Origin: Candidatus Thorarchaeota archaeon
Lineage (GTDB): Archaea > Asgardarchaeota > Thorarchaeia > Thorarchaeales > Thorarchaeaceae
Assembly: GCA_008080745.1 (NCBI GenBank)
Contig: SHMX01000006.1
Span: 149,684 to 181,683, forward strand
DNA: 32,000 nucleotides
Direction of reading: 5' to 3'
Made by a program: the position numbers and the translations under genes. The notes below the pieces were generated by a model. The model made no database searches. It worked only from the letters and a program-made list of their open reading frames with translations, and had not been told where the DNA came from. Positions 9,476 to 18,497 of this stretch are shown here, in pieces. Positions within the stretch are counted from its first letter, which is position 1. Every line of letters begins with the position of its first letter.

Positions 9476-10231
9476 ATGCCACATCCAGTTTGGCCAATTG
9501 AGTGGGTGTTTGAATTTGATGAAATTATCGACTATCTCAAAAAAATAATTCTTGAAAAATCAGAGGGTGATGATTCAGATATTTTCATTGGAGATTTTGG
9601 AGCAGGAAGAAATGAAGAAATCCCTTTATTCTTCTCAAATATTTTTCCAAGCAAGCTAAGAGATTCAGAGGTGCAATTTAATCCTAATTTTACAGTGTAC
9701 TGCACAGATTTGCACACTTTACGTATTGAGGATCTATTTAGCAAATTAATAGAAGAAGAAATTCTTGAAACATCGAGAGTGGTGCATGCTGGACTTGAAA
9801 GGATGACAGAATCGGCCACATTTACATCAGATCAAAAAGAGTTCATCGAAGGAATTGAGAATCCGACTTGGATTGACGAGTACATACTGAGAAAATCAGC
9901 ATTTCCTGCAAGTTGTCTGGACATAGGAATAATGAACAATGATATGATAGGATATCTTGCTGAATATTACCAAGAATATAGTAATTTACAGAAGGCAATT
10001 GAGGGAGTTAGAGAAGTTATGGACAGACAGAGATTACTGATAGTTACTCAGCCTTGTTCACTATACAAAGTAGACAATATTGAGATATTAGAGAGAAATG
10101 GATTCTCATTTATTATGGGTGCTGATATAGATAAACGAAGTGGTAAAGTTATGTTTGTTAATAGAGAAACACCTCTCAAAATGCTCGGTGAGTTGAACCA
10201 TTATACCTTTCTAACGTTTATCACGGCCTAG
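9476..10231 (+). CDS. Putative class I SAM-dependent methyltransferase-fold protein
   Basis: Motif I-like IFIGDFGAG, acidic end of beta2 (VYCTDL), motif IV-like FPASCLDIGIMN. ATG 9476 is preferred over TTG 9452. Its stop overlaps the convergent kinase stop. Confidence 0.55.
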   Translation: MPHPVWPIEWVFEFDEIIDYLKKIILEKSEGDDSDIFIGDFGAGRNEEIPLFFSNIFPSKLRDSEVQFNPNFTVYCTDLHTLRIEDLFSKLIEEEILETSRVVHAGLERMTESATFTSDQKEFIEGIENPTWIDEYILRKSAFPASCLDIGIMNNDMIGYLAEYYQEYSNLQKAIEGVREVMDRQRLLIVTQPCSLYKVDNIEILERNGFSFIMGADIDKRSGKVMFVNRETPLKMLGELNHYTFLTFITA

Positions 10232-13200
10232 TTATTTGAAATACAGTCTTCAATCGGAATCAAAATAGTAAAACAAGTCATATCTCCAATATCTAAACGA
10301 ATACTCCAATTATGGGCATCTATAATACGTTTGACAATTCTAAGACCCATACCACCTTTTTTCTTTGTTGAGAATTTATACATGAATAGTTTGTCATGAT
10401 ATTCAGGAGGAATCGAGTCCCCGTCATTACAGAAAGACAATGTTAGTGAATCTTTCTCCTCTCCAACACTGACTCTAATCAATCTGGGATTGGCGTGCTC
10501 AACAGCATTATTTAGAATATTTCTAACTACTTGATCTATTTTTTGATAATCACACTTTACAGAAGGTAATGCATCCATTTCAAATATAATATCTTCAGGG
10601 AGTATCTCTTTTGCAGCGTGTTGGATTAGTGTATTCAAATCTACGTTTATCCTATCACCAATGACTAAGCCAGAATCAGCTAATTCAATACTCCGAGAGA
10701 GTAATTTTTCCATCGACCGAATGGACCGTTTAATTGCTTCAATGTACTTTGGAGTATATTCCTCTTCAAGTAGTACCGCGTATCCAAATATATTGTGGAA
10801 GTATGTCTGTAAATCATGGCTCATTGCATGTGCGAATTCTGAGAGTTCTTCTTTTTGGCGCATTAGTAATTTCTGTGAGATAATTTGTTCAGTTATATCT
10901 AAAATCTGAACTTGAATAGCAGGTTCATTATTATAGATAGATGGGTGAGAATATCCTTCAACCCACCTAATCTCGCCCGATGGTCGTATATATCTAAATC
11001 GAGTGTTAGAGGAGGTGGGAATGCCACGGATTCTTTTCTTATACCTTTCTTCTAGAATAGGGCTGTCCTCTTGATGACAAATTTTTCTTCTCTCATCGGG
11101 AGTAAAACTAAGTAAATCCTCTATTAATCGACCGGTTATATTGGCAAAAGCCTGATTTACAAAAACATATCTCTCATTTTGGAGAATACAAAAACCAATC
11201 ACCGAGTTCTCTATAAGTTCTTTATACTTTCTAGCACTCTCCTGTAGAGCAGTTTCAACCTCTTGTCGACTAATCGCTGTGGCGAACATTCTAACTATAT
11301 TTTCAAAGAATACTTTTTCACGCTCATTAAACTGACGGGGGATTCTAGAACCGAAGGATAAAACTCCTAGTAACTCGCCTTCACCTTTCAGAATAGGTAG
11401 AGTCGTATAGGAAGTTATTCCAAATTTTTCAAAACGGAGAATCTTTTCCTTGCAAAGGGGATGTTCATAAATTGAATTTGCAAAAATGGCAACCCTCTCT
11501 CTTGCGGAATAGGACTGGATAGAAGTTTCATCTGACAGTGGTTTTGAACCAAGTAAGGAATCGTCTTGTACACCATAAGTGGCTTCCAATTCTAAAATTT
11601 TGGTTGATGGATTATATAACCTAAATGATGAAAAGTCAAATTTCAATAGCTTTGCCAAACCAGAAACAACAAGTCTACCTAGATGATTGGTAGATTCAGC
11701 AATTAATGCTGCCTCAGCAATGACTCTAATTGATAGTCGTTCTCGATTAAGAGTTTCTTCAACTGATTTTCTGGAGGTAATATCAAAATATGCTATTTGT
11801 ATCGCATGGCTTCCTTCATAATCAATAGCATTTGCATGAGATTCAACCCAAATTGTGGACCCACTCTTTGAAAGCAATCGGAAGGAGAGGGGAGTCTCAA
11901 AAGTTTTTCCCCTAAGACGTTCATGGTCCCTGGACAATACTACTTTACGATCATCAGGATGAATAAGTAACTCTTCACGTGGGAGTGAGTACAAGTCTTC
12001 TAAGGAATATCCCACCAGGTCAGAGAATGCCTGGTTAGTAAGAACAATTCTATGATCTTGGAGGATAACTATGGGTTGACGAGTTTGTTCAATTACCTCA
12101 CGATATTTTTGCTCACTCCTATATTTCGCATCTTGAGCCTCCTTTTGAGTGATGACCGATTGAAACATCTTTGCGATAGTTTCAAAAAATGATTTATCAG
12201 CAGAAACCAATTTTCGTCGTTCTTCAGCCCATAACTGAACCACACCCCAAATCGAATTGTCTTCTCTATAGAGAGGCCAAGATATCAAAGATTTAATACC
12301 TCTATGGTCTATCCGTCCATGATGGGTCTCATAGATGGGATGTTGTTTTATTTCTGGAGCAAAGATATATTCACCAGTTCTTGCTACATATGCTGCCAAT
12401 CTTTCTGAATTATGGATGGAATGTGCCTTAACATCACTTTCTTCTACATCAGAACCATAGAATGCAATAAGTTCTAGAATATCCGAATTCTGTTTTCGAA
12501 GTCCAATTGACCCATTTTGGAAATTCAGAATTTTAGCCAGGCCTGAGAGTACATAAGTGCATACCTCATTTAATGATGACTTTATTGTAGTAGCTTCAGC
12601 AATTATTTGGAAAGCTGCCTTTTCTCTATGGTATTCCTCCTCTTGTTTCCTTTCGCTAGTAATATCATTGATAGCCCAGATTGAAGCGGAATGGTTTTTG
12701 TAGGTAGTTGGTTGTGATACTATTTCCACAATTACTTCTCGACCCGATATTTGTAATTCTATTTCTTCTTTAGTTTCTATTTTGGATTCTAGTAATTTTC
12801 TCCAATTTGAGCGTTCTATATCCACAAATTCAGAAATGTGTTTGCCAATCACATCGTATTGAAGGCCAAAAATATGTAGAATTGATTGACTGATTTTAAG
12901 GATGGTGCCGCTTGAGTGAATAAGAATACCCTCAAAAGTACTCTCTAGGATATGTCGATATCGCTCCTCACTCTTTTGAAGTTCTTCAGTTATTTTTCGA
13001 GTTCGGACAGCTGATTTTATCATGTGAGTAAGTTCAGTATACTGAGCTTTTGGAGGCCCTCCTTTTGTTATATAGAAAGTTGCTCCAAGATTTAGAGCAC
13101 GGATTGCTACCTCTTCTCTTGAACGACCGGTGAATACTATGAAAGGAATCAGATTATTGTCCTCTCTGAGCAACTCAAGAAATTCAAGACCAGTTTTAGC

Positions 13201-13374
13201 TGGCATCTGATAATCAGATACAATCAAGTCAAATGCATTTTCATTTAGTGTTTTCAATGCATCATCGACTGAACTCGCTGTTGTCACCCTAATTTCTTCT
13301 GATTGTTCAAGGTATCTGCTTGCAATTTCTAGGAGATCTTTATCATCATCGACTAGCAATACCTCAATCTTCAT
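10228..13374 (-). CDS. Hybrid sensor histidine kinase REC-PAS-GAF-PAS-GAF-PAS-HisKA-HATPase_c
   Basis: Receiver (LLVDDD...IVSDYQMP...FTG...YITKG); three PAS-like and two GAF-like segments; H-box AHAMSHDLQT; N-box NILNNAVEH; G-boxes CNDGDSIP and KGGMGL. Confidence 0.92.
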   Translation of the reverse strand: MKIEVLLVDDDKDLLEIASRYLEQSEEIRVTTASSVDDALKTLNENAFDLIVSDYQMPAKTGLEFLELLREDNNLIPFIVFTGRSREEVAIRALNLGATFYITKGGPPKAQYTELTHMIKSAVRTRKITEELQKSEERYRHILESTFEGILIHSSGTILKISQSILHIFGLQYDVIGKHISEFVDIERSNWRKLLESKIETKEEIELQISGREVIVEIVSQPTTYKNHSASIWAINDITSERKQEEEYHREKAAFQIIAEATTIKSSLNEVCTYVLSGLAKILNFQNGSIGLRKQNSDILELIAFYGSDVEESDVKAHSIHNSERLAAYVARTGEYIFAPEIKQHPIYETHHGRIDHRGIKSLISWPLYREDNSIWGVVQLWAEERRKLVSADKSFFETIAKMFQSVITQKEAQDAKYRSEQKYREVIEQTRQPIVILQDHRIVLTNQAFSDLVGYSLEDLYSLPREELLIHPDDRKVVLSRDHERLRGKTFETPLSFRLLSKSGSTIWVESHANAIDYEGSHAIQIAYFDITSRKSVEETLNRERLSIRVIAEAALIAESTNHLGRLVVSGLAKLLKFDFSSFRLYNPSTKILELEATYGVQDDSLLGSKPLSDETSIQSYSARERVAIFANSIYEHPLCKEKILRFEKFGITSYTTLPILKGEGELLGVLSFGSRIPRQFNEREKVFFENIVRMFATAISRQEVETALQESARKYKELIENSVIGFCILQNERYVFVNQAFANITGRLIEDLLSFTPDERRKICHQEDSPILEERYKKRIRGIPTSSNTRFRYIRPSGEIRWVEGYSHPSIYNNEPAIQVQILDITEQIISQKLLMRQKEELSEFAHAMSHDLQTYFHNIFGYAVLLEEEYTPKYIEAIKRSIRSMEKLLSRSIELADSGLVIGDRINVDLNTLIQHAAKEILPEDIIFEMDALPSVKCDYQKIDQVVRNILNNAVEHANPRLIRVSVGEEKDSLTLSFCNDGDSIPPEYHDKLFMYKFSTKKKGGMGLRIVKRIIDAHNWSIRLDIGDMTCFTILIPIEDCISNN

Positions 13375-13551
13375 TCAAAGCTCACCAATTCATTATTCGG
13401 TTGACTGGTTCTGACAATAATAGGCTTATTGTAATATACTGCAATTGGTTCTCAAAAATTAGATACCGTCAAAAGCATATCTTCTTCATCCAAACAGGAC
13501 TAGTAGAAAACCTTTCAAGGTAGTCATAATATAGATGGATTGGGGAAACTA

Positions 13552-14313
13552 ATGAAAATAATTTCTTGGAATTTGAATGGACTCAATGCTAGTTTAAACA
13601 AGGGATTAATTGATTTCATTCAAGAGTCATCGGCAGATGTTTTTTGTTTTCAGGAAACAAAGACTGCTGAAGACCGCGTAGATGAATCATTTTTAGGATT
13701 AGACGATTTCAAATACTATTGGCACTCAGCAAAAAAGAAAGGATACAGTGGAACGGTAATATTGTCAAAAGTTGAACCGGTATCCTCCATTTATGGATTT
13801 CATAACGAGGGCTATGATACAGAAGGGCGTTTAATCACATTAGAATTTGAAGACTATTATTTGATAAATGCCTATTTCCCTAATGCAGGTAGTGGATTAA
13901 AACGAATGGATTTCAAGCTTGAATGGGATGAGAAATTTGAGGAGTTTGTAGAAGGTCTACGTGAATCAAAACCAATTGTTATCACTGGAGACCTCAACGT
14001 GGCACATACCGAGAAGGACCTTGCAAGACCCAAGAGTAATACAAAAACAGCAGGATTTACTCCAGAAGAACGTGAGTGGTTTGACCAATTTCTCAAAAAA
14101 GGCTATATCGATACCTTCAGAGAATTTGTCGATGAAGGGGGACATTATACATTCTGGTCATATCGACATAATGCTCGTGAAAAAGACATAGGCTGGCGTC
14201 TGGATTACTTTGTGATTAGTGAGGAGCTTAAGTCAAGATTAGAAGCCAGTGAGATTCTGGATGATGTGATGGGTTCAGATCATTGCCCCATTCTCTTGGA
14301 GCTAAGTGACTAA
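13552..14313 (+). CDS. xth: Exodeoxyribonuclease III / AP endonuclease
   Basis: MKIISWNLNG, FCFQETK, KKGYSG, EGRLIT, YFPNAG, GDLNVAH, GWRLDYF and GSDHCP motifs. Confidence 0.97.
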   Translation: MKIISWNLNGLNASLNKGLIDFIQESSADVFCFQETKTAEDRVDESFLGLDDFKYYWHSAKKKGYSGTVILSKVEPVSSIYGFHNEGYDTEGRLITLEFEDYYLINAYFPNAGSGLKRMDFKLEWDEKFEEFVEGLRESKPIVITGDLNVAHTEKDLARPKSNTKTAGFTPEEREWFDQFLKKGYIDTFREFVDEGGHYTFWSYRHNAREKDIGWRLDYFVISEELKSRLEASEILDDVMGSDHCPILLELSD

Positions 14314-14413
14314 CTATCATTGTTCAGCAATCGTATAATAGAAAATAGAGTGAATTTAAATTCCCGCAAGATAGATGTTATCAAAATCAAGTGTGGATTT
14401 AGAGGTAGAGAAC

Positions 14414-16039
14414 ATGTCATTTTCGGATACACTTCGACCCATATTTACTCGTAGAGGAATCTTGTTGGTATCAGTAGCTCTGATAGGCGGACTGATATGG
14501 GTCCTCCATTTTATCCTTGAATTTTCTATATTAATAAGATTAACACCAGAGGGAGTTTCTTTCAATCCAATCTTCATTCTACCTCATATTGCAATGGTAC
14601 CTCTGGGTAGTATATTCTATCTTAGTGTTTCTTCACGATGGAAACCATTCAAGGCATTATTCCCCAATGTTACTGCGATTACAATCGTATTCATTTTAAT
14701 GGTATACACTCCATATCTGGGGGAACTTGAAACTGTACCCTATACATTAGACCCTCTGTTCATATTATACATGATACTCCTTGGGATAGCTGGTTTTGGA
14801 ATCGGTTCCATTCTAGCACCCCTTATGCTAATCAGCAAACCCTATCTGAAAAAGGTAGAGTATAACGGACGGATATATTCTTTCGCTACTGCATTTCTAA
14901 GTCCGATAGTCATTCTTGGTACTTGGCTAGATGGAATGAATAACCCTTCACTCCTAGCGATGTATTTCTTAGTATTGTATGTGGCGATTGCAATTCTGCT
15001 GATCGATGGGAGAGATAATCTCAATGAGCTTCCACCTCGATGCTCTAATATCCGTTCATTTCTTCGCCATCGAGATTTATGGCCGTCCATCCTACTGATG
15101 TTCTTTGTCGGTTTCTTTTTCACCAACACATATCTAGCCTCTGTAATTCTGCTTGATTACTCCAATAATTTGGGAAACCTGAACACGTTTGTCATTGTGT
15201 TATTCAGTGTGTGTATATTAGCAACTGTTCCCTGTGGGATATTATTTGACAAGATAGGAAGAAGATGGACCTTATTGATTGGTTTCTATTCCCAAGCTAT
15301 TGCATTCTTACTGCTATCCTTCTTTCCACCAATGCAGTATCCTGTTATGCTGGAAATAGTCTTCCCAGCTGTGATTGCCTTTGGATTTACTATAGCGATA
15401 TTCGGTGCCCTACTCGTTTCATTAGAACTCGCTCCAAGAGGTTTCTTTCGAGTTCATCAAGGCATCTCATGGGTACTCTTTGGTATTGGAATGGTAGCTG
15501 GTGTGATTACCGATCTTGCCCTATACCCATTGATAACCGTTTCACCAGCCTATCTACCGTTAGTACTGATCTTTGCTCTTTTTACAGCTACTATCATTGT
15601 TCTTCAGCTAAAAGAAACCTTACCCTCCAAAGAAGAACTAGAATGGAAAAGAAAAGTAGAACACTTGCTTGTTCTCTCTCAAGGTGGTATCCCAATGTAC
15701 TCGGAAAGATTGAGTTCCACACCGGTTTCAACAGAGGGGCCCGATGAGATGTTGGTTGGGGGTGCATTGACTGGAATAACTGAGTTAGTTAAAGAAATCT
15801 CACAACGAGCTGGGAAATTAAAAGTTATCCAGCAGGAGGGCTACTCGATCATCCTTGAAGAGGGAAGAGAGGTAATTGTTGCTGTTATGGCTCTGGAAGA
15901 GCTGGATATCATCAGAGAGAAGACCCAAGACTTCCTTGAGGACTTTCAGAGATTTTTCAGTGAGCTTATTGGAGACTGGTCCGGAGATCCCAAAATCTTC
16001 AGTCCTGCAAAAGAGTTAGTTGCTAATCATTTCGAGTAG
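14414..16039 (+). CDS. MFS-like ~12-TM transporter fused to a C-terminal longin-like domain
   Basis: About 12 hydrophobic helices; MFS motif A GILFDKIGRR (~15236-15265); soluble C-terminal ~125 aa (15656-16036) with the pattern HLLVLSQGGIPMY...LVGGALTGI...WSGD..IF. ATG 14414 has SD GAGGT. Confidence 0.75.
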   Translation: MSFSDTLRPIFTRRGILLVSVALIGGLIWVLHFILEFSILIRLTPEGVSFNPIFILPHIAMVPLGSIFYLSVSSRWKPFKALFPNVTAITIVFILMVYTPYLGELETVPYTLDPLFILYMILLGIAGFGIGSILAPLMLISKPYLKKVEYNGRIYSFATAFLSPIVILGTWLDGMNNPSLLAMYFLVLYVAIAILLIDGRDNLNELPPRCSNIRSFLRHRDLWPSILLMFFVGFFFTNTYLASVILLDYSNNLGNLNTFVIVLFSVCILATVPCGILFDKIGRRWTLLIGFYSQAIAFLLLSFFPPMQYPVMLEIVFPAVIAFGFTIAIFGALLVSLELAPRGFFRVHQGISWVLFGIGMVAGVITDLALYPLITVSPAYLPLVLIFALFTATIIVLQLKETLPSKEELEWKRKVEHLLVLSQGGIPMYSERLSSTPVSTEGPDEMLVGGALTGITELVKEISQRAGKLKVIQQEGYSIILEEGREVIVAVMALEELDIIREKTQDFLEDFQRFFSELIGDWSGDPKIFSPAKELVANHFE

Positions 16040-16044
16040 AGAAG

Positions 16045-16063
16045 TAGATTGCTGTTCAATCTA
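16045..16063. promoter_or_regulatory. Palindrome upstream of the TA operon (candidate antitoxin operator, or terminator of the MFS gene)
   Basis: TAGATTG-CTGTT-CAATCTA, a perfect 7-bp inverted repeat. Confidence 0.35.
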
Positions 16064-16130
16064 TACAATTATCAACAGGACAGATTTGTTATAGGTAGTT
16101 CGATAAAATAGATAGGTGGAATAGATAGCA

Positions 16131-16316
16131 TTGGATGAAATACAAATTCCCATCTCAGATGAAACCAGAAATCTCCTGAATAACTATAGAAAAAAAGGTG
16201 AATCTTATGACGAATTGATTCGGCGTCTACTGGAAATTATTGACCAAGTAAAATTCGCAGAAAAACAGAAGAGAATCCTTGAAAACGAGGAGCACATCCC
16301 TCTTGACACAATATAG
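16131..16316 (+). CDS. Ribbon-helix-helix-type antitoxin (RelB-like)
   Basis: IQIPISDETRNLL...GESYDELIRRLL matches archaeal RHH antitoxins; C-terminus EEHIPLDTI; overlaps the toxin start. Confidence 0.75.
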   Translation: MDEIQIPISDETRNLLNNYRKKGESYDELIRRLLEIIDQVKFAEKQKRILENEEHIPLDTI

Positions 16317-16584
16317 AGTAACTCTCTCCGCTACTGCAATATTACAACTTAGTCGAACCAGTAGTCGTGACCAAAAGAAGATTCGATCTGGACTTAAGTC
16401 ACTAATGGGAAATCCATTCCCAAGAAAATCACGTGATGATATCATTCGTCTCCTAACTCGAGATGAATATTCTCTTTTTCGCCAGCGCATCGGAGATTAC
16501 CGAATAATCTATTTCGTAGATGGAAATGAAGTAAAAGTGACAGAAATAATACCCAAGAGTAAGAAATATCACTGGCTCGATTGA
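16303..16584 (+). CDS. relE: RelE/ParE-superfamily toxin
   Basis: YRVTLSATA...QKKIRSGLKSLMGNPF...FRQRIGDYRIIYFVD...EII. TTG 16303 with SD GAGGAG (16287-16292), overlapping the antitoxin by 14 nt. Confidence 0.85.
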   Translation: MTQYRVTLSATAILQLSRTSSRDQKKIRSGLKSLMGNPFPRKSRDDIIRLLTRDEYSLFRQRIGDYRIIYFVDGNEVKVTEIIPKSKKYHWLD

Positions 16585-16661
16585 GAAAAGGAGAACCGCA
16601 CCCAAAAGGAATGAGTTGCAAGTTCACTCTCTCAGCGACATAATAGAGGTATCTCAAAGTT

Positions 16662-17978
16662 TCAGGAGGTCTTGGGGATTGGTGATTTACACCGCACCCC
16701 ATTCTCTGGTAACCATTTCGTACAAGCATGCTTGAGAAGCGGAATGAGTATGAAGGTAACCAGAATGACAGATAGTATCACGATTCCGTAGAGTGTCTCT
16801 GTAAAATAGCCTAGACTGTAGCCGGTGTATGCAAAAAAGAGGGTGACTTCACCTCTAACCGCCATGCTAAGCCCAATAGTTTTGGCCTCTCCCTTATCAT
16901 AATCGCCAAAATACGACCCAAATATCCCTCCGACATATTTTGGAACAATTGCGACTACAACCAAAAATAATGCAATCAGTATCGAAAAGATATTCAAAAA
17001 TGGTAGTAAGTTGATGGTCAATCCAATACTTATGAAGAAGAAAGGAATGATCCAGGAGGATATAGCTTCGAAATCGTCATGAATATCAAGATACTCATCC
17101 TCATTACCAATAATGACCCCAGCTACAAAGGCTCCGATTATTGGAGCAAGTCCAAGCATTTGAGCGAAGAAGGCCATATAGAGCATTAACGAAAGGCTGA
17201 CAAAGATAGGTAAGGATTTGTCGTCATATTTCTTGGTTTTTAAGAAGAAATAGGGCAGAACATACTTGTATAACAGGTAACTTACAGCAAAGAACACAAT
17301 GATATTTATCAGAATTATTGGAAGCCCAAAGGGATTCATAGACTGAGCGCTGGTGAAGTATGCGATGACAAATGAGAATAATGCCACTGCTAGTATATCA
17401 TCAAAGATTGCAGAAGCCACGACAGTCTGAGCAACTTTTGTCTGCAGTTTCTTGTAATCACAAAACAGACGAGTGCTAATTCCTATACTGGTCGCAGTAA
17501 ATGCAACACCAAGGAAAAGAGCAGAATGCCATATATCAACACCATTAGGCTGCAAATCTAAGGTAGTCATTCCGACTAGAGTGAAGAAGAATACTACACC
17601 TCCAGCAATCATCAATATAATTCCCGCTCCAGCGTTAAGGAATGCAGGAGTGCGTACTTTGATCATATCATGAAAGTCAAGTTCCATCCCTACTTTGAAA
17701 AGTAGCAAGAGAACAGCTAGATTACTTATGAAATTGATAATGAGTGCTGTGATATCCAGTTGACCTTGTTCAATACCTAAGAATATACTCAGAGATGATG
17801 AAGGGATCGCATTAAGATATAGGATTCCTAATACTGTAGGCCCTAGAATAATCCCTACTAGAAGTTCACCTAATACTTCAGGTAAATCGAATTTCTTAAA
17901 CACAACTTGAGACGTCTTGATCACTGTCAAAATAAGTGCAAGAAAGAGAAATGGTAGTATGAAATCTGATGCTGCCAT
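16662..17978 (-). CDS. CPA2-family cation:proton antiporter (KefB/NapA-like)
   Basis: LPEVLGELLVGIILGP, LLFKVGMELD, ATSIGIS, FDDIL, IGAFVAG and AVRGE motifs; ~12-13 TM helices. Confidence 0.92.
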   Translation of the reverse strand: MAASDFILPFLFLALILTVIKTSQVVFKKFDLPEVLGELLVGIILGPTVLGILYLNAIPSSSLSIFLGIEQGQLDITALIINFISNLAVLLLLFKVGMELDFHDMIKVRTPAFLNAGAGIILMIAGGVVFFFTLVGMTTLDLQPNGVDIWHSALFLGVAFTATSIGISTRLFCDYKKLQTKVAQTVVASAIFDDILAVALFSFVIAYFTSAQSMNPFGLPIILINIIVFFAVSYLLYKYVLPYFFLKTKKYDDKSLPIFVSLSLMLYMAFFAQMLGLAPIIGAFVAGVIIGNEDEYLDIHDDFEAISSWIIPFFFISIGLTINLLPFLNIFSILIALFLVVVAIVPKYVGGIFGSYFGDYDKGEAKTIGLSMAVRGEVTLFFAYTGYSLGYFTETLYGIVILSVILVTFILIPLLKHACTKWLPENGVRCKSPIPKTS

Positions 17979-17979
17979 T

Positions 17980-18153
17980 TTAATACCCTCCGAACAGGTA
18001 AATATGGTTCCAATATTCTCTTCTTGAAATGGTAGTACTATTGGAAACGTAATTGGATAGTGAAATCAGAGCCACCGATACAGCTGCTGCAAAAAACATC
18101 ACAAACATAGAAAATAGCATCTCCTCCAATATCTCAAGTTCTAAACCAAACAT
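17980..18153 (-). CDS. 57-aa single-TM small protein immediately upstream of the antiporter
   Basis: MFGLELEILEEMLFSMFVMFFAAAVSVALISLSNYVSNSTTISRREYWNHIYLFGGY. SD AGGTGA lies upstream of the ATG. The stop is 1 nt before the antiporter ATG, whose SD (GGAGGG) lies inside this ORF. Confidence 0.55.
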   Translation of the reverse strand: MFGLELEILEEMLFSMFVMFFAAAVSVALISLSNYVSNSTTISRREYWNHIYLFGGY

Positions 18154-18497
18154 GTGTACATCACCTATTTTGCAACTAGCAATATTTTTGTATAGTTGTT
18201 TATCTATTCAAATAGTATATAACCTATTCTATGTGGTACTAGTTTATTAAAATGCTAACCTATACAAAGGTCAAATGATTTGCTTGTCTTTTTATTGGCT
18301 TAAAGATTATTAGAAGTTCAAAAGTAACCACCATTTTATTCAGAGGCGTTATTACTAATTCTATCTCAAATTCATTCTCACTGAATTGATTTGTCCTAGT
18401 AAAAATATCAAACAATTCGTTATTTATTTCAGCCTTAGATTTCCGAATGATATATTCATAAGGAAAACAGCTACAAGAGTTAAGAACTCGCTCACCT

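Noticed and set aside
18053-18250. 65-aa plus-strand ORF from the track
   Set aside because: It is the antisense shadow of the better-supported 57-aa minus-strand peptide.
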